Source of the DNA: the human T2T-CHM13v2.0 reference genome, Homo sapiens
Strand: one strand, 5' to 3'
Assembly (NCBI RefSeq): GCF_009914755.1
Contig: NC_060927.1
DNA length: 64,000 nt
In this document: positions 1-51,540 of the stretch, piece by piece
How positions within the stretch are numbered: position 1 is the stretch's first letter
Layout: every line of letters starts with the position of its first letter
The notes under the pieces: generated by a model
Told to the model about the DNA's origin: nothing
Database searches by the model: none
Seen by the model: the letters and a program-made list of their open reading frames with translations, nothing else
Program-made: the position numbers and the translations under genes

Positions 1-897
1 CTAGGCCAGGACTTTTATTTAGAGGCTTTTTCCATTTAAGTAGTGAATTTATTCTTAAATAGGTAATTCATGCACATGGTGCTAAATTCTGATGATGTAA
101 AAGGAAATACAGAGAAAAGCAAGCATCCTTCTCCCACTCCTGAGCCTGTAATCATAGGGCCTAGGGCTTCTCTGCAGACAGAACCCAGCCAAGACTTTTC
201 GTAAATGCCATGTGCACTTCAGGGCTTGGTTTGTTCTATTATATTTAGGGATGCGGTGCTGAGATGCTTGCCTGCAGAACAGCAAAAACCTCTGACTTCA
301 TTATTGTTATTCAGAGTAACCAGGGTCATTGCTCTCTGGCTTGCCTTAAAGCCAGCAAAGGCAATTGCCCATCCCTGGGCTTTTGGTCTGGAAGAGACCG
401 TTGGCATCATTATTCAGCCCCCTCACTTTTCAGGTAAGGAGCTAATGAAGACAACATTCCCAGTGACACACGGCAAGTTACTGTGGTGTTGGGGTTTCAG
501 TGTCAGGAGTCTCCTCTCTTCCTCTGGCATTTCTGCTACTATGCCAGGCTGGCTCCTTTCAGTAGACATAACATCATTGAAAAATACCACAAGTGCCCCT
601 GTGGAGAGCAGAGCAGATAGCCATTAAAATTACAAAAGCTTATGCTTTTTGGCCCAACATTTCCACTTCAAGGCATTCAATTCTTCCTATAGATACACTC
701 ATGTGAGGGTAAAATGATCTCTGTATAACCTTATTCTTTGCAACACTGATTGTAATAAGGAAATATTGGAAGCAACCCAGATGCCTATGGGTGGGAGGTG
801 AGTTACATAAATTAGGGACCATCCACACAAACAGAATATGTGCAGCTGTGAAAAGACTGGGCCACCTCTCCATGTGCAATAGGAACAGCTCCATCTT

Positions 898-1034
898 GCC
901 AGGCGTGGTGGCTCACACCTGTAATCCCAGTACTTTGGGAGGTGAAGGTGGGGCGGATCCCTTGAGCCTAGGCATTCCAGACCAGCCTGGGCAATGCAGT
1001 GATATGCTCTCATTGTGTAAATAAAACAAAATAA
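898..1034 (+). mobile_element. Alu left monomer (FLAM-like)
   Basis: gccaggcgtggtggctcacacctgtaatccc...ccagcctgggcaa plus A-rich end. Confidence 0.85.
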
Positions 1035-1048
1035 TACATTATTTGCTT

Positions 1049-1800
1049 TGCAGATGCCACTGCCGCCAGGAGCCCTGTAACATCAGCCATCGTCAACCCC
1101 ACCGTGTTCTTCAACATCACCGTTGACGGCAAGCCTTTAGACCTGCGTCTCCTTCAAGCTGTTTGCAGACAAGGTTCCAAAGCCAGCAGAAAACTTTTGT
1201 ACTCTGAGCACTGGAGAGAAAGGATTTGGTTATAAGAGTTCCTGCTTTCACAGAATTATTCCAGGGTTTATGTGTCAGGGTGGTGACTTCATACGCCATA
1301 ATGGCACTGGTGGCAAGTCCATCTATGGGGAGAAATTTGATGATGAGAACTTCATCCTAAAGCATACAGGTCCTGGCATGTTGTCCATGGCAAATGCTGG
1401 ACCCAATACAAATGGTTCCCAGTTTTTAATCTGCACTGCCAAGACTGAGTGGTTGGATGGCAAGCTTGTGGTCTTTGGCAAGGTGAAGGCATGAATATTG
1501 TGGAGGCCATGGAGTGCTTTGTGTCCAGGAATGGCAAGACCGGCCAGAAGATCACCATTGCTGACTGTGGACAGCTCTTATAAGTTTGACTTGTGTTTTA
1601 TCTTAACCACCAGACCATTCCTTCTGTAGCTCAGGGGAGCACCCTCCACCCCATTTGCTCCCAGTAACCTAGAATCTTTGTGCTCTCGCTGCGGTTCCCT
1701 TTGGGTTCCATGTTTTCCTTGTTCCCTTCCATGCCTAGCTGGATTGCAGAGTTAAGTTTATGATTATGAAATAAAAACTAAATAACAAAATAATAATAAT
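1049..1800 (+). pseudogene. Processed cyclophilin A (PPIA) pseudogene
   Basis: Intronless PPIA 5' UTR, CDS and 3' UTR. ATG is mutated to ATC (1089-1091), with a +1 frameshift near 1140 and a 4-nt deletion near 1485. AATAAA at 1770 and an A-rich tail. TSD tacattatttgctt at 1035-1048 and 1803-1816. Confidence 0.96.
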
Positions 1801-2256
1801 AGTACATTATTTGCTTCTCAGTGCATACAACATCTCTGGAAAGATCTAAAAGAAACTGGTAGTAGGATTCAACAAGGTGGACAGGGGGCATTTTTTTCCA
1901 TTTTGAACCATGTGGATGCATTATATATTCAAAATGTAAAACAAAAAACTCACAAGCATCTCTTACTTTTTCAACTTGAAGAAAAGAGAAGAAGAAGAAA
2001 ACCCTAAAGTCAGTAAAGGTTAGCCTGGGTTCCTAGACTTAAGCTTGATAGTAACCAGAATGTCAGGCCACATGTGGTGTAGGTCATAGGGTCCTGGCTT
2101 TTGGTCACCCACTGTTAGGCTCATATAACAGACAAGGAGGTGCCATTGTCCGTTGTCTGTCCCTTTTACATCAGCTCATCTTGGCTCCTGATTTCCTGGG
2201 TCTGATATGGAAGATTCCGGGATTTTATTATTTCTAATCAACATCGCCTTCCCAAA

Positions 2257-2311
2257 CCCCGCCCCTTGGCAGCCATAGCAAGGCCACATCTAGCCCAGGA
2301 TCACATAAAAA
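2257..2311 (+). promoter_or_regulatory. TGM4 core promoter: GC box (Sp1-type) and TATA-like CATAAAA
   Basis: CCCCGCCCC at 2257-2265 and CATAAAAA at 2304-2311, about 100 nt upstream of the ATG. Confidence 0.75.
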
Positions 2312-2403
2312 GGGCTGTTTCCTCCCCTGAGGACCGACTGTGTGGAAGCACCAGGCATCAGAGATAGAGTCTTCCCTGGCATTGCAGGAGAGAATCTGAA
2401 GGG

Positions 2404-41453
<39,050 letters not shown>

Positions 41454-41999
41454 CCTTGTCTGATGCTGTGGAGCCTTAGTTGAGATTTCAGCATTTCCTA
41501 CCTTGTGCTTAGCTTTCAGATTATGGATGATTAAATTTGATGACTTATATGAGGGCAGATTCAAGAGCCAGCAGGTCAAAAAGGCCAACACAACCATAAG
41601 CAGCCAGACCCACAAGGCCAGGTCCTGTGCTATCACAGGGTCACCTCTTTTACAGTTAGAAACACCAGCCGAGGCCACAGAATCCCATCCCTTTCCTGAG
41701 TCATGGCCTCAAAAATCAGGGCCACCATTGTCTCAATTCAAATCCATAGATTTCGAAGCCACAGAGTCTCTCCCTGGAGCAGCAGACTATGGGCAGCCCA
41801 GTGCTGCCACCTGCTGACGACCCTTGAGAAGCTGCCATATCTTCAGGCCATGGGTTCACCAGCCCTGAAGGCACCTGTCAACTGGAGTGCTCTCTCAGCA
41901 CTGGGATGGGCCTGATAGAAGTGCATTCTCCTCCTATTGCCTCCATTCTCCTCTCTCTATCCCTGAAATCCAGGAAGTCCCTCTCCTGGTGCTCCAAGC

Positions 42000-42240
42000 A
42001 GTTTGAAGCCCAATCTGCAAGGACATTTCTCAAGGGCCATGTGGTTTTGCAGACAACCCTGTCCTCAGGCCTGAACTCACCATAGAGACCCATGTCAGCA
42101 AACGGTGACCAGCAAATCCTCTTCCCTTATTCTAAAGCTGCCCCTTGGGAGACTCCAGGGAGAAGGCATTGCTTCCTCCCTGGTGTGAACTCTTTCTTTG
42201 GTATTCCATCCACTATCCTGGCAACTCAAGGCTGCTTCTG
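42000..42240 (+). repeat. Local ~240-bp direct duplication, copy 1 (in TGM4 3' UTR)
   Basis: About 90% identical by eye to 43433-43670. Confidence 0.92.
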
Positions 42241-42307
42241 TTAACTGAAGCCTGCTCCTTCTTGTTCTGCCCTCCAGAGATTTGCTCAAATGATCAATAA
42301 GCTTTAA

Positions 42308-42313
42308 ATTAAA
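42308..42313 (+). terminator. TGM4 proximal poly(A) signal (ATTAAA)
   Basis: ATTAAA about 855 nt after the stop, followed by GT/T-rich sequence (tctgtggt...ttttttcttt). Confidence 0.65.
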
Positions 42314-42696
42314 CTCTACTTCAAGAAAACTCTGTGGTCCCTGAGTCCTTTTTTCTTTATGCCAATAAGCTTCTTAAATGTGCTGGCGGTTTATGCAGTC
42401 ACTTGGGGAGCCATGGAATCCTTTGATCTCCCCAGGCAAGGTGCTCTGAGGAGTTGGCTTCTTTATTGTCTGTTCAGTACATCCAACCCCTCTCTCAAAG
42501 GCTGTCACCCCAACTGGATACACACCCTGGCAAAGGCACGTAGCTTGAATGAGGGTTATTTTGTGTCTAATTCACAGGAGAGTCATGGGTGGGATACCTG
42601 TCATCCTCTGCCTTTCCAGCTGTCCAAGTGAAAAAAACCTCAATCCTGGTCACCCTTGCCCAAGTTGCCCACATCCCTGGCATACAGTAGGTGTTC

Positions 42697-42702
42697 AATA
42701 AA
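42697..42702 (+). terminator. Possible distal TGM4 poly(A) signal (AATAAA in an L2 3'-end remnant)
   Basis: cctggcatacagtaggtgttcAATAAAtgtttattgaa matches the L2 3' terminus. Confidence 0.45.
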
Positions 42703-43008
42703 TGTTTATTGAAGGAAAGGTGACTGTTCCTTCTGCTGGAAATACCACAAGGGTGGTGACACAAACAAGAGTTTGGTCAGTCACTCCACAGCACAGTGTC
42801 CGATCCCAAGAGGTGATATAGCCCGGCACGGCCACTGTGTGGTGCCGTATGACACTCACTTGTCTCCCACACTGGGAATGGAAGAAAAGTAGCTTTCCTA
42901 GAGGTGCCTTTAGGGTGGCCCATAAGGAAGGACACTGCCCAAGGGTTTGAGCTGGGATCTCTTAATTAAAACAGGAGACTCCAGTCACTGAGGGTGAGCA
43001 AAGAGCTT

Positions 43009-43014
43009 TTTATT
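43009..43014 (-). terminator. ZDHHC3 distal poly(A) signal (AATAAA on -)
   Basis: tttatt on +, just beyond the TGM4 3' end; would end the long UTR or the alternative last exon. Confidence 0.55.
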
Positions 43015-43432
43015 CAAAGAAAGAGGCAAATTGCACCCAATCTCTCTCCCTGTAAGATCTCATCTGGTTTTGACATCAGTTGCAATGCTTTCAGTCTGAG
43101 GCTAAGCAGAATGTTATGCTGTGAATGGTCACCACAGAGAGACCACTGTGTTGCTGGTGTGGGGAGGCGAGGCTCAGGGTTGGACAGGTTAATTACCTAC
43201 ATAACCCTGGCTGTGGCCCAGCCCAGCACCTCCCAGAACAGGGACTGACATGGCTGAGGTCTACCTTGGAGATGGGGTCAGTGAAGAGGGGAGGCAGGGT
43301 CAGCCTCTGTGCAAGTAAAATGCCCCCTCACCCCAGCCTTCCTTTCCAGAGCAACCAATCTGAAAACAGAATTGCCTTTGGGGCTGGTGTTGTACCTCTG
43401 CTTTCAGGCCAAGATGGATTCCCTAGAAGAGG

Positions 43433-43670
43433 AGTTTGAAGCCCAATGTGCAAGGACATTTCTCAAGGGCCATGTGGTTTTGCAGACACTGCTGTCCTCA
43501 GGCCTGAACTCACCATGGAAACCCATGTCAGCAAACAGTGACCAGCAAATCCTCTTCCCTTATTCTAACTGCTGCCCCCTAGGAGACTCCAGGGGGCAGG
43601 CATTGCTTCCTCCCTAGTGTGAACTCTCTGGTATTCCATCCACCATCCTGGCAGCCCAGAGCTGCTTCTG
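43433..43670 (+). repeat. Local ~240-bp direct duplication, copy 2
   Basis: About 90% identical by eye to 42000-42240. Confidence 0.92.
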
Positions 43671-44555
43671 GGTTAGGACAACAAATAGGGGGCCCTACAG
43701 TCAGAGCAGCTCTTACCCAAAGTGGTGAGCGTCAACTTCCTGTCCAGATTGCAAGTTAATGGCCTTTACAGCTGACTCGGGCTCCTATGTCGTCATTAAT
43801 AAATATTAAAGCTGATAAGGACCAAGAAAGTGGGCCTGCAGCCTGAGTGTGGGAGGCCCAATGTCTTTCTGGTTGCTCTGTTGATGTTAGAATCCCACCA
43901 TCACCCCTCTCGTGGGTCATAGTTGGAGAGCTCTGGCAAGGGTTAGGGCAGAGGTGGCTTTGTGAACACTGGGCCCTTTGAGCAATTAACCCCAGGCCCT
44001 AGTGGGTCATCAGTTGTAGAGAGACGGTCTCTGGCAGGATCGTTGCCCTTCACAGAGTGTCCAAAGATGCTGTCCAAGAACCAGGATGCTGCTTGGCTCT
44101 TTTCTTTCTCACGGTCGCCAGTTTCCTTTCTCAGCATCCTGAGGCTGCACCTCCAAACACTGACCTTCTTCTCCTCTGAACTGCAGCCACAGGCCCCTTG
44201 GGGCCAGGACTCATGCCCTTTTGCCTGGAGCTGGAAGGGGGGCCCTAACACTGAGGTCTTGCAGGGGCATGCTCTGCTGAGTGCCTGTGCTCCTGCCAAT
44301 CCTGACGCCAGTAGACGCTGGGGAAATGGGCCAAAGAGAGGAACAAAGGCACGTGGAGGGAGTGGGTGGTGAATCCACTTCTTATACCAAACGGGGATAA
44401 GAACCCTTCTGTTGGGCTTTGTGCAGAAGATGCTGCTTCAGCAACCACTGGAATGGGGTTTAGGAGCACCAGAACGCTGCTCAGACCTTCAGCAGTGGTC
44501 ACAGACACCACAGGCTTCAAATGGGGTGAATAGAGGGCAGACTCATCCTGGTGGG

Positions 44556-44577
44556 GTGTGTGTGTGTGTGTGTGTGT
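44556..44577. repeat. (GT)n microsatellite
   Basis: Seen directly. Confidence 0.88.
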
Positions 44578-45622
44578 TTGTCTATCTTCCTGATTCATCT
44601 GATTCATCAATCAGCAGACCCTGGCCATCACCCATCTTTTCAGAGACAAGATGGGCACCAATTTGGGAGAACTGGCCTTTTCAAACACACAGGCAGGGTT
44701 TATGGTCAGTTCTACCTACATGTGTTATTAGACTCCCTCCAAGAGGTAACATTCAATTAAGTTCTCATGCGAGTGGTTAGGGAGTCCCCAGTAGCTCCAA
44801 AGAGGTCCTTCCCATATCCACATCTGTGAATGGCTAGATATGTAGCCACAGGCAGGACAGCTCCCAGCTGTCTCGCTCAGTGAAGACTCCAGTGTCTGTG
44901 GAATGGGGGCTCATTTTCGGTGCTACTGTCTTAACTCTGGCTCTGTCCATGCTGGACATGTCCTGCACATGTGTGTGTAGAGCTTAATGCAGGGTCCTCT
45001 TTGAACCATGCCTGGCCCTTGCAGGTAGATGTGGCAGCCACCTCTACCTCCTAATTTCGGCAGGCAGCATGGGGAAGCCCTTTCCAGGGAGTAGCTGGCA
45101 GCTCTGCAGTCTTTCCAGGCTAGTCTCCCCTGATGTCAGTGTCCCAACCCAGGTCCCCAAGGCAAGCCCTGCCCGGTCCTTCTGTCACAACCTTACTTCT
45201 CAAAGCCAGGAGCCAGGGGCCCAGCCTTCCCAAGAGAAGACAGAAATCCTGGGGAAAGCCAAAGGCAAGCTCTTTTCTGCCCCTGGGATGCCCTGTTCAA
45301 AAGCTCCCTTTGCTGGGCGGAGAATGTGAAAGCCACCCAGTCTTGGAGAACGGTTCTTGATGAGCCGTCTCAGTGCAGACTCTTCTTAGATGAACTCTGA
45401 GAAAGCCCCCATCCTCCTCTGATGTCCCCAGCCTACTCCCGACCCCCAGACCTGGCCCAACATGGAGAGAAGAAGGAGGGGAAATGGCAAGGCCAAGCGA
45501 GTGGCTAAGGGAAGCACTGGGGGTGCTGGGAGCGCACCATGCCCATAAGCCCCTTTAGCCAAAACCCCAGGATGAAGGTTGACAGCACTTTTTAGTGTTT
45601 GCTTCTCTCCCCACAGCAGCAT

Positions 45623-45871
45623 CTATTCATCTGTCACCTCCACAGAGTCCTCGTCCTTCGTCTCCTCTGATGGATCCTCCATTGTTTCGGTGTCTGACAG
45701 CGATGTCACCTGCCGCACCATGTCTTTGTCACTGGGGATCTCTGGCTGACACGGTCTGGAGAAGGGGTTGAACCAGTTCAGGGAGAAGTCCCCACCAAAG
45801 GTCTCCTTTACTGACTGCCAGCTCCCCATGTGCTCCCTGGGCTGGTTCTTTCGTTTGAGGCGCTCGATGCC
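45623..45871 (-). CDS. ZDHHC3: ZDHHC3 alternative (paralogous) terminal coding exon, 82 aa
   Basis: Pyrimidine tract plus cctgcag|GGC ATC GAG, phase 0; GIERLKRK...WQSVKETFGGDFSLNWFNPF is homologous to the canonical last exon. Confidence 0.8.
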   Translation of the reverse strand, partial: GIERLKRKNQPREHMGSWQSVKETFGGDFSLNWFNPFSRPCQPEIPSDKDMVRQVTSLSDTETMEDPSEETKDEDSVEVTDE

Positions 45872-46829
45872 CTGCAGGGAGAAGGGGATGAAGAACATCG
45901 TCAGCGTGGTGCTGGGCTGTACAGCTCACATAGACACCCCCAGCTATAGCATAGCAGTGGCGGGGGGGGGGCGGGGTGTCCACGGCATGGGTAAGATGGG
46001 GTCTGAGTGGGCAGTCTGTTGTGGCCCAGGTCACCCCCGGGAGGTCCCTCAGAGGACTGCTGGGGTGTGGGTGGACAGCAGCGTGGAGGAACACAGCAAG
46101 CAGGGCCCGCCTGGTGGACTGACGTGTTCTCCACCCACCACCCAGCCCTCCCCTTCTTTCCTTCCACAAGTGCAATGCCAGATGATGGGCAGGGGCTAGG
46201 CTGATGAGTGGCTGAGGCATAAGGGGGACCACACATCCTCTGAGGCCACTACAAACTGGTGATCCCCTCCTAAATATTTTTGGCCACTCCCACCAGGGTA
46301 GATAGGGGCTGCAAACACAGCAGAAGGACGATGGGGTTAAGGAAGGAGTGCAGGACACAAACAGCATGCGAGGTGAAGAAGCGGGTGCTCGTACAGCAAG
46401 TGCCAACATGCATTAGGCAGCCGGAGGGCACACAGGACCACTGTGGGGAGGTAAGGCTGGGCTCAGGCCTGCTCATGCAGCAGATCCACCCTGCAGCCTC
46501 TTCCAAGCTGTCAACTCACCTGCCTCTGGGTGTCGGCTGCAACTCAGCCACCAGGCCACAGAAAGGGTGTTGGGGTGGGGAGATGCCCAGAGGAGGTAAA
46601 GACATGGCCAGGCCAGCTCTCCAGGCCCACAACACCCTGCACAGAGGCCTTTGACCCTCCACTGGGGGCACTGCTTTCTCCATCTCTTCTGGAAGCCAAG
46701 GGAATTTGCTGTGGGTTTGCTGGGCTTGGGCACTGCTCCTTCACATGACTCAAGAAAGATCTCTGTGTATCTAGCACTTTTTCTTCCCACGCCATTTCAG
46801 AGATTTAAGATTCTTGACTTTTGAATAAA

Positions 46830-47580
46830 TTCTAAGTTAAAAAAATTGGATCTCAAAAGTATATCCTCATAAGATACTTATCAATTACAAAGGGAAAAAC
46901 AGTACCTTAATAGCAGGGAAGAAACATTGCACGTACCACCTTCACCCAATGATCAAAGTTAACATCACAATAATGAAACGTATCAACACCATATGCCTCC
47001 TGATACGGTGCAACGAGGACACATTGCTTCAGCAGTGCTCCTGCCCCAAATGCCTAACCTCAATCTAATCATGAGAAAAACATCAAAAACACAATCTGAA
47101 GGACAGCCTACAGAATACCTGCCCTACAATCTTCAAAAGGGTCAAAGATTGATGAAAAGATTTTGGAACCAGACAGACCTGGTGGTTACAAAACATTGTG
47201 AATGCATTAAATGTACACTTTAAAATGGCTAATTTTGTGTTACAGGAATTTCACCTCGATTTTTAAAAAGGGTCAAGGTCATGAAAGACAAAGGAAGACT
47301 GAGGAACTGTCACAAACTGGAGGAGACTAAGGAGACATCGCAAATGATGCAGTGTGGGATCCTGGAACAGAAAAGGGTGTTAATGGGACAACTGGAGAAA
47401 TGTGAATAAGGTACATACATTAGTTAAGGGTATGGTGTTGCCAATGTCCAGGGTTTTATATTTGTATTATGGTTGTATAAAATGTTTACCTTTGGTGAGA
47501 CTGACTGAAAGGTACATGGGAACTCTTTGTACTGTTTTTGTCACATTTTTGTAAGTCTGATTTCACAAAAAGTTTAAAAA
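46830..47580 (+). mobile_element. Old L1MC/ME 3' fragments
   Basis: cctcaatctaatcatgagaaaaacatca...ggagactaaggagacat...gggaactctttgtactgtttttg. Confidence 0.6.
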
Positions 47581-50389
47581 TAATCAATAATCTGAGACAA
47601 AGATTTATGCAATACAAACTTGAACACTGAATTATAATAATGCAAAGCTGGAAATGAGAAATGCCCAATAATGATGGTTAAGCAAATGATTCTATAACAC
47701 TATGCAGCTAGAAAAGATGGTTTAATATGGTTTTACATGACATTAGAACATTTGTCTGAGTGGTTACTTTTGGGGATGGAATTCTAGAGGATTTGTATTT
47801 ATTTCTGTAGACTTCTCACACAATCCAAGTTTTACCAATGAGCCAATGTTACTTTTATAATCAGAACAAAAATAGTTGTTTCAGAAAATGGATCTTGTTG
47901 ACACAAGTCTAAAGGGACCTTCATGTGGGTCATGAGCATGTGATGCCATGCTGCTTCCTGACTGGCCCCTCGCCAGGCCTCCCTTCTTGGCACAGAAGCA
48001 GTGACCAGCTGAGATGGTTTGCTTTGGGCATTCTGCATTCTCTTCCTGGGTGATCATCTGCAGCCTGTTGAGAAAGAGGCTTTAACTTCATAGCACGAGA
48101 GCTGGGACATCACCATATGGCAGACCCGGCTACAGAGGAAACACCCAAAAATGACAGACTGGCTGCATCCACACTGACTTGGACTCAAAGCCATGACCAT
48201 AGGTTTTTATGGCCTCCTTGTGAGGAGGTGGGTATGAGTATTGATGATTGGCAGATGGGGAAGAAACAGAAGTTCCAAGAGGCCATGACGGTGGCCAAGG
48301 CTCATCTAGCTTGTTATGTATCAGAACTGGAACCAGAACTAGTGTCTTTTTTTCTGCCCAACAGGTTTCCAGTTCTACTGCAAATCACCACTGTGCCCAG
48401 GCTGAGCTCAGTCAGAGAGAAGGGGAATGAAGCCAAGAGCCCACAGGATGATTATTTGCCATTCATGTGGCATGCTCCCAGATAGGCACTCTTGGATTAT
48501 ACTCAACCTCCTCACCAACCTCATAAAGTATTCCAGACAGAGCCTGGCCTGTCTACCAGAGGTCTTCAGCAGTAAAGTCGACAAACTTTCAGGGAGTGTT
48601 GACTTTTGAGTCTAGAAAGAAAATATTGCAAACAAATCCGATGTATAAAAATGGGCTGAGGGCTGCTTTTTCCTGGTAGGACTCAATTTTGAGTTTTGTG
48701 TGGATTTAAAGGGATCCTGCAGGCAAAGTTCTTAAGCTTGAGGTTTGCAGAGGAGCAGTAATAGTAGCTTCAGGCTCAAGAGAACGAACAAAAATGGTTG
48801 ATGCCTGGTAAGGGGGTCATAGTCGACACCAGAAGCTCTTGCAGGGTGTGTGATGGGCCTTTTGGCCCAGGTCAGTCTGGGTGACACATGAGCTGTGATC
48901 TGTGAACAAACTCACCAACACTCCAAAATGAATGTATTAGGACTAAGGCTCCCGAGGAAGGAAGAGTCTGTGCAGAACAGACTCAGCTGAGCCCCACAGA
49001 ACGAGAACAGGCTGTTCCCTGCTCCCTGTATCATCAGATGTAGAAAGCCAGAGCCTCAGGGAGCAGCCTATGCAAATGTGTCTCTTCATAGCGGGCCAGA
49101 TAACACTGTCTCTCCTCATCAGAGATTTCATACCTCTATATTGTAACCCACAAGAGGAAACATTTTTCTGTTGCATTCCAGAACACATATACACACAACT
49201 CCCTAAGCTTCATAAAACAATACTTATCCTGCAATATGTAATGCATTAAACATTTTTCTTGAAAAACATGCTGGTTGCAAACCATGAATGGCTGTGACCA
49301 ATGGTTTGAAAAGCACAGCTCCAACACAGCTAACATTTATAAAGCCATACCAGGGCCAGACGCTATACATTCCTATTCATCACCCTCATTTAATCCTTCC
49401 ATTAACTTTGTGATTTAGATTATCATTCCCGTTTTCAGATGAAAAAACTGAGGCTTAAAGAAGTTACTGCTCAAGGTCATATTTTGGTAGTAGGTGCGGT
49501 AATAAGTAGCCAAGCAGACATTTCAACCAAAGACTGAAGCCAGGACCCAAATACTTGGTCACCAGACTATATGGCCTCAGCTGCAGAAATTCAGGGCATC
49601 CTTATGTCCGTGTTAGAGCATGTGCGGCCCCTAGAAGGCTTTTAGCGAACGTCCCTCTGCAGCGCTTGTCCTCACTCCTTGGATCAGCTTCATCGGCTCC
49701 TCCTGTGGGCCCAACAGAGCGGGATCCCTGGGGGCCACTCTGCTTTGCTACGGCAATCACACTGCTCAAGTCAGCAAGATGTTTACTTGAGGGAGAGGGT
49801 GAGAAAAAGAAGGTTCAGGTTGGGAGTACGCTGGTCAGTGGCTTGTTTCTGCTTCACTGTGAATTCTTTCTCTTCTATGAGGTGATCCTAAGCCAGATAC
49901 ATATTTAAAGAATACAAGAAAAAGCCACATGGGTGTTGAAACCCACACGTAGAAAGCAAAGGTCAAGACGTGTTCAGGTCATGTATCCAGGCTGCTACAA
50001 TGCCCCTGGCTCTAGACTACTCACCGGCCGCCGCTCCCATCTGGAGGTCCCTTGGTTCTACTCTTTTCTCTTTCCCTTCCGGGCTGCTTCTTCACCCAAA
50101 GGGCCCTTGGTCTAGAGATGGGTTCCACTGATGAGATGCACAAGGAGTGGTGGGCAGGCTAATAATTTGGATCTGCTTCATACAGACTTTCTTTGATGTC
50201 TTGGCAGTTGTTTGTTGGGGAGGCCGCAGCTTATGAGGGAAGGCAGTCTCAGTGGCTTCTCCGCGGAGGGAACACGTGCCTGTCTCACAATCAGCACACC
50301 CCAACTGCACTATGCTGAGCCCAGCAGCACACAAGACCCATATCACCAGCAGGCATCAGGGACCACCTGAGGGGGGACTCCTGCTAGCC

Positions 50390-50580
50390 CCAACTGGATT
50401 CTCAAACTTGATAGTCAGAATCACCTGGAGGGCTGTTAAGACACGGGCTGCTGGGCCCCGCTCGGTTTCTGGTTCGGTAGCCTGGGGTGGGGACCGAGAA
50501 TGTGCATTTCTAACAAGTTCTCAGGTGATGCTGATGTTGACGTTGCTGGTCTGGCAACCTCAAGAACACCTTTGAGGAGG
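50390..50580. mobile_element. MER5-type DNA transposon remnant
   Basis: ttctcaaactt...agaatcacctggagggc...gcatttctaacaagttctcaggtgatgctgatg. Confidence 0.7.
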
Positions 50581-50715
50581 ATTCTAGCAAAATCTTTCTC
50601 TTTTCACATTTCTTTGATATCTAAGGGCACCTTCTAGGTGGGGCGCCTTCCCCTCTACTGGCTGGCTCACCCTTTAAGCTGATGCACTGCAAGTCTTGAA
50701 AAGAGAGAAATTTAA

Positions 50716-51120
<405 letters not shown>

Positions 51121-51246
51121 TTAAAATGTTTGTTAATTTACCTCACCTAAACGGTTTCTGCATTAGGGGACGGTGGATTCTAACTATTTAAGTGGCCTAG
51201 CCAGATGAGCAAAAGCTAATACTTGGGGCTTTTTCAAGAAGTACAG

Positions 51247-51540
51247 GGCTGGGCCCAGTGGCTCACGCCTGTAATCCCAGGACTTTGGGAGGCTAAGGCA
51301 GGAAAATTGCTGGAGGCCGGGCATTTGAGACTAGCTAGGGCAACACAGTGAGACCCTGACTCTATTAAAAAACAAAAAAATTAGCCAGGCATGGTAGTAC
51401 GTGCCTGTAGCCCTGGATATTCAGGAGGCCAAGGCACAAGAATCACTTGAGCCCAGGAGTTCAAGGCTGCAGTGAGCTCTAATTGTGCCACTGCATTCCA
51501 GCCTGGGTGACAGAGCAAGACCTTGTCTCAAACAAAAAAG
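51247..51540 (+). mobile_element. AluJ, inverted relative to the neighbouring AluY
   Basis: Dimer; TSD-like gaagtacag. Confidence 0.88.

Noticed and set aside
1270-1494. 74-aa cyclophilin-like ORF as a functional gene
   Set aside because: It is an internal fragment of a retrocopy with a lost ATG and two frameshifts, and lacks the N-terminal part of the PPIase fold.
45729-46409. 226-aa minus-strand ORF next to the alternative ZDHHC3 exon
   Set aside because: It is in a different frame from the homologous exon, has no recognisable domain, and lies in GC-rich sequence where long ORFs arise by chance.
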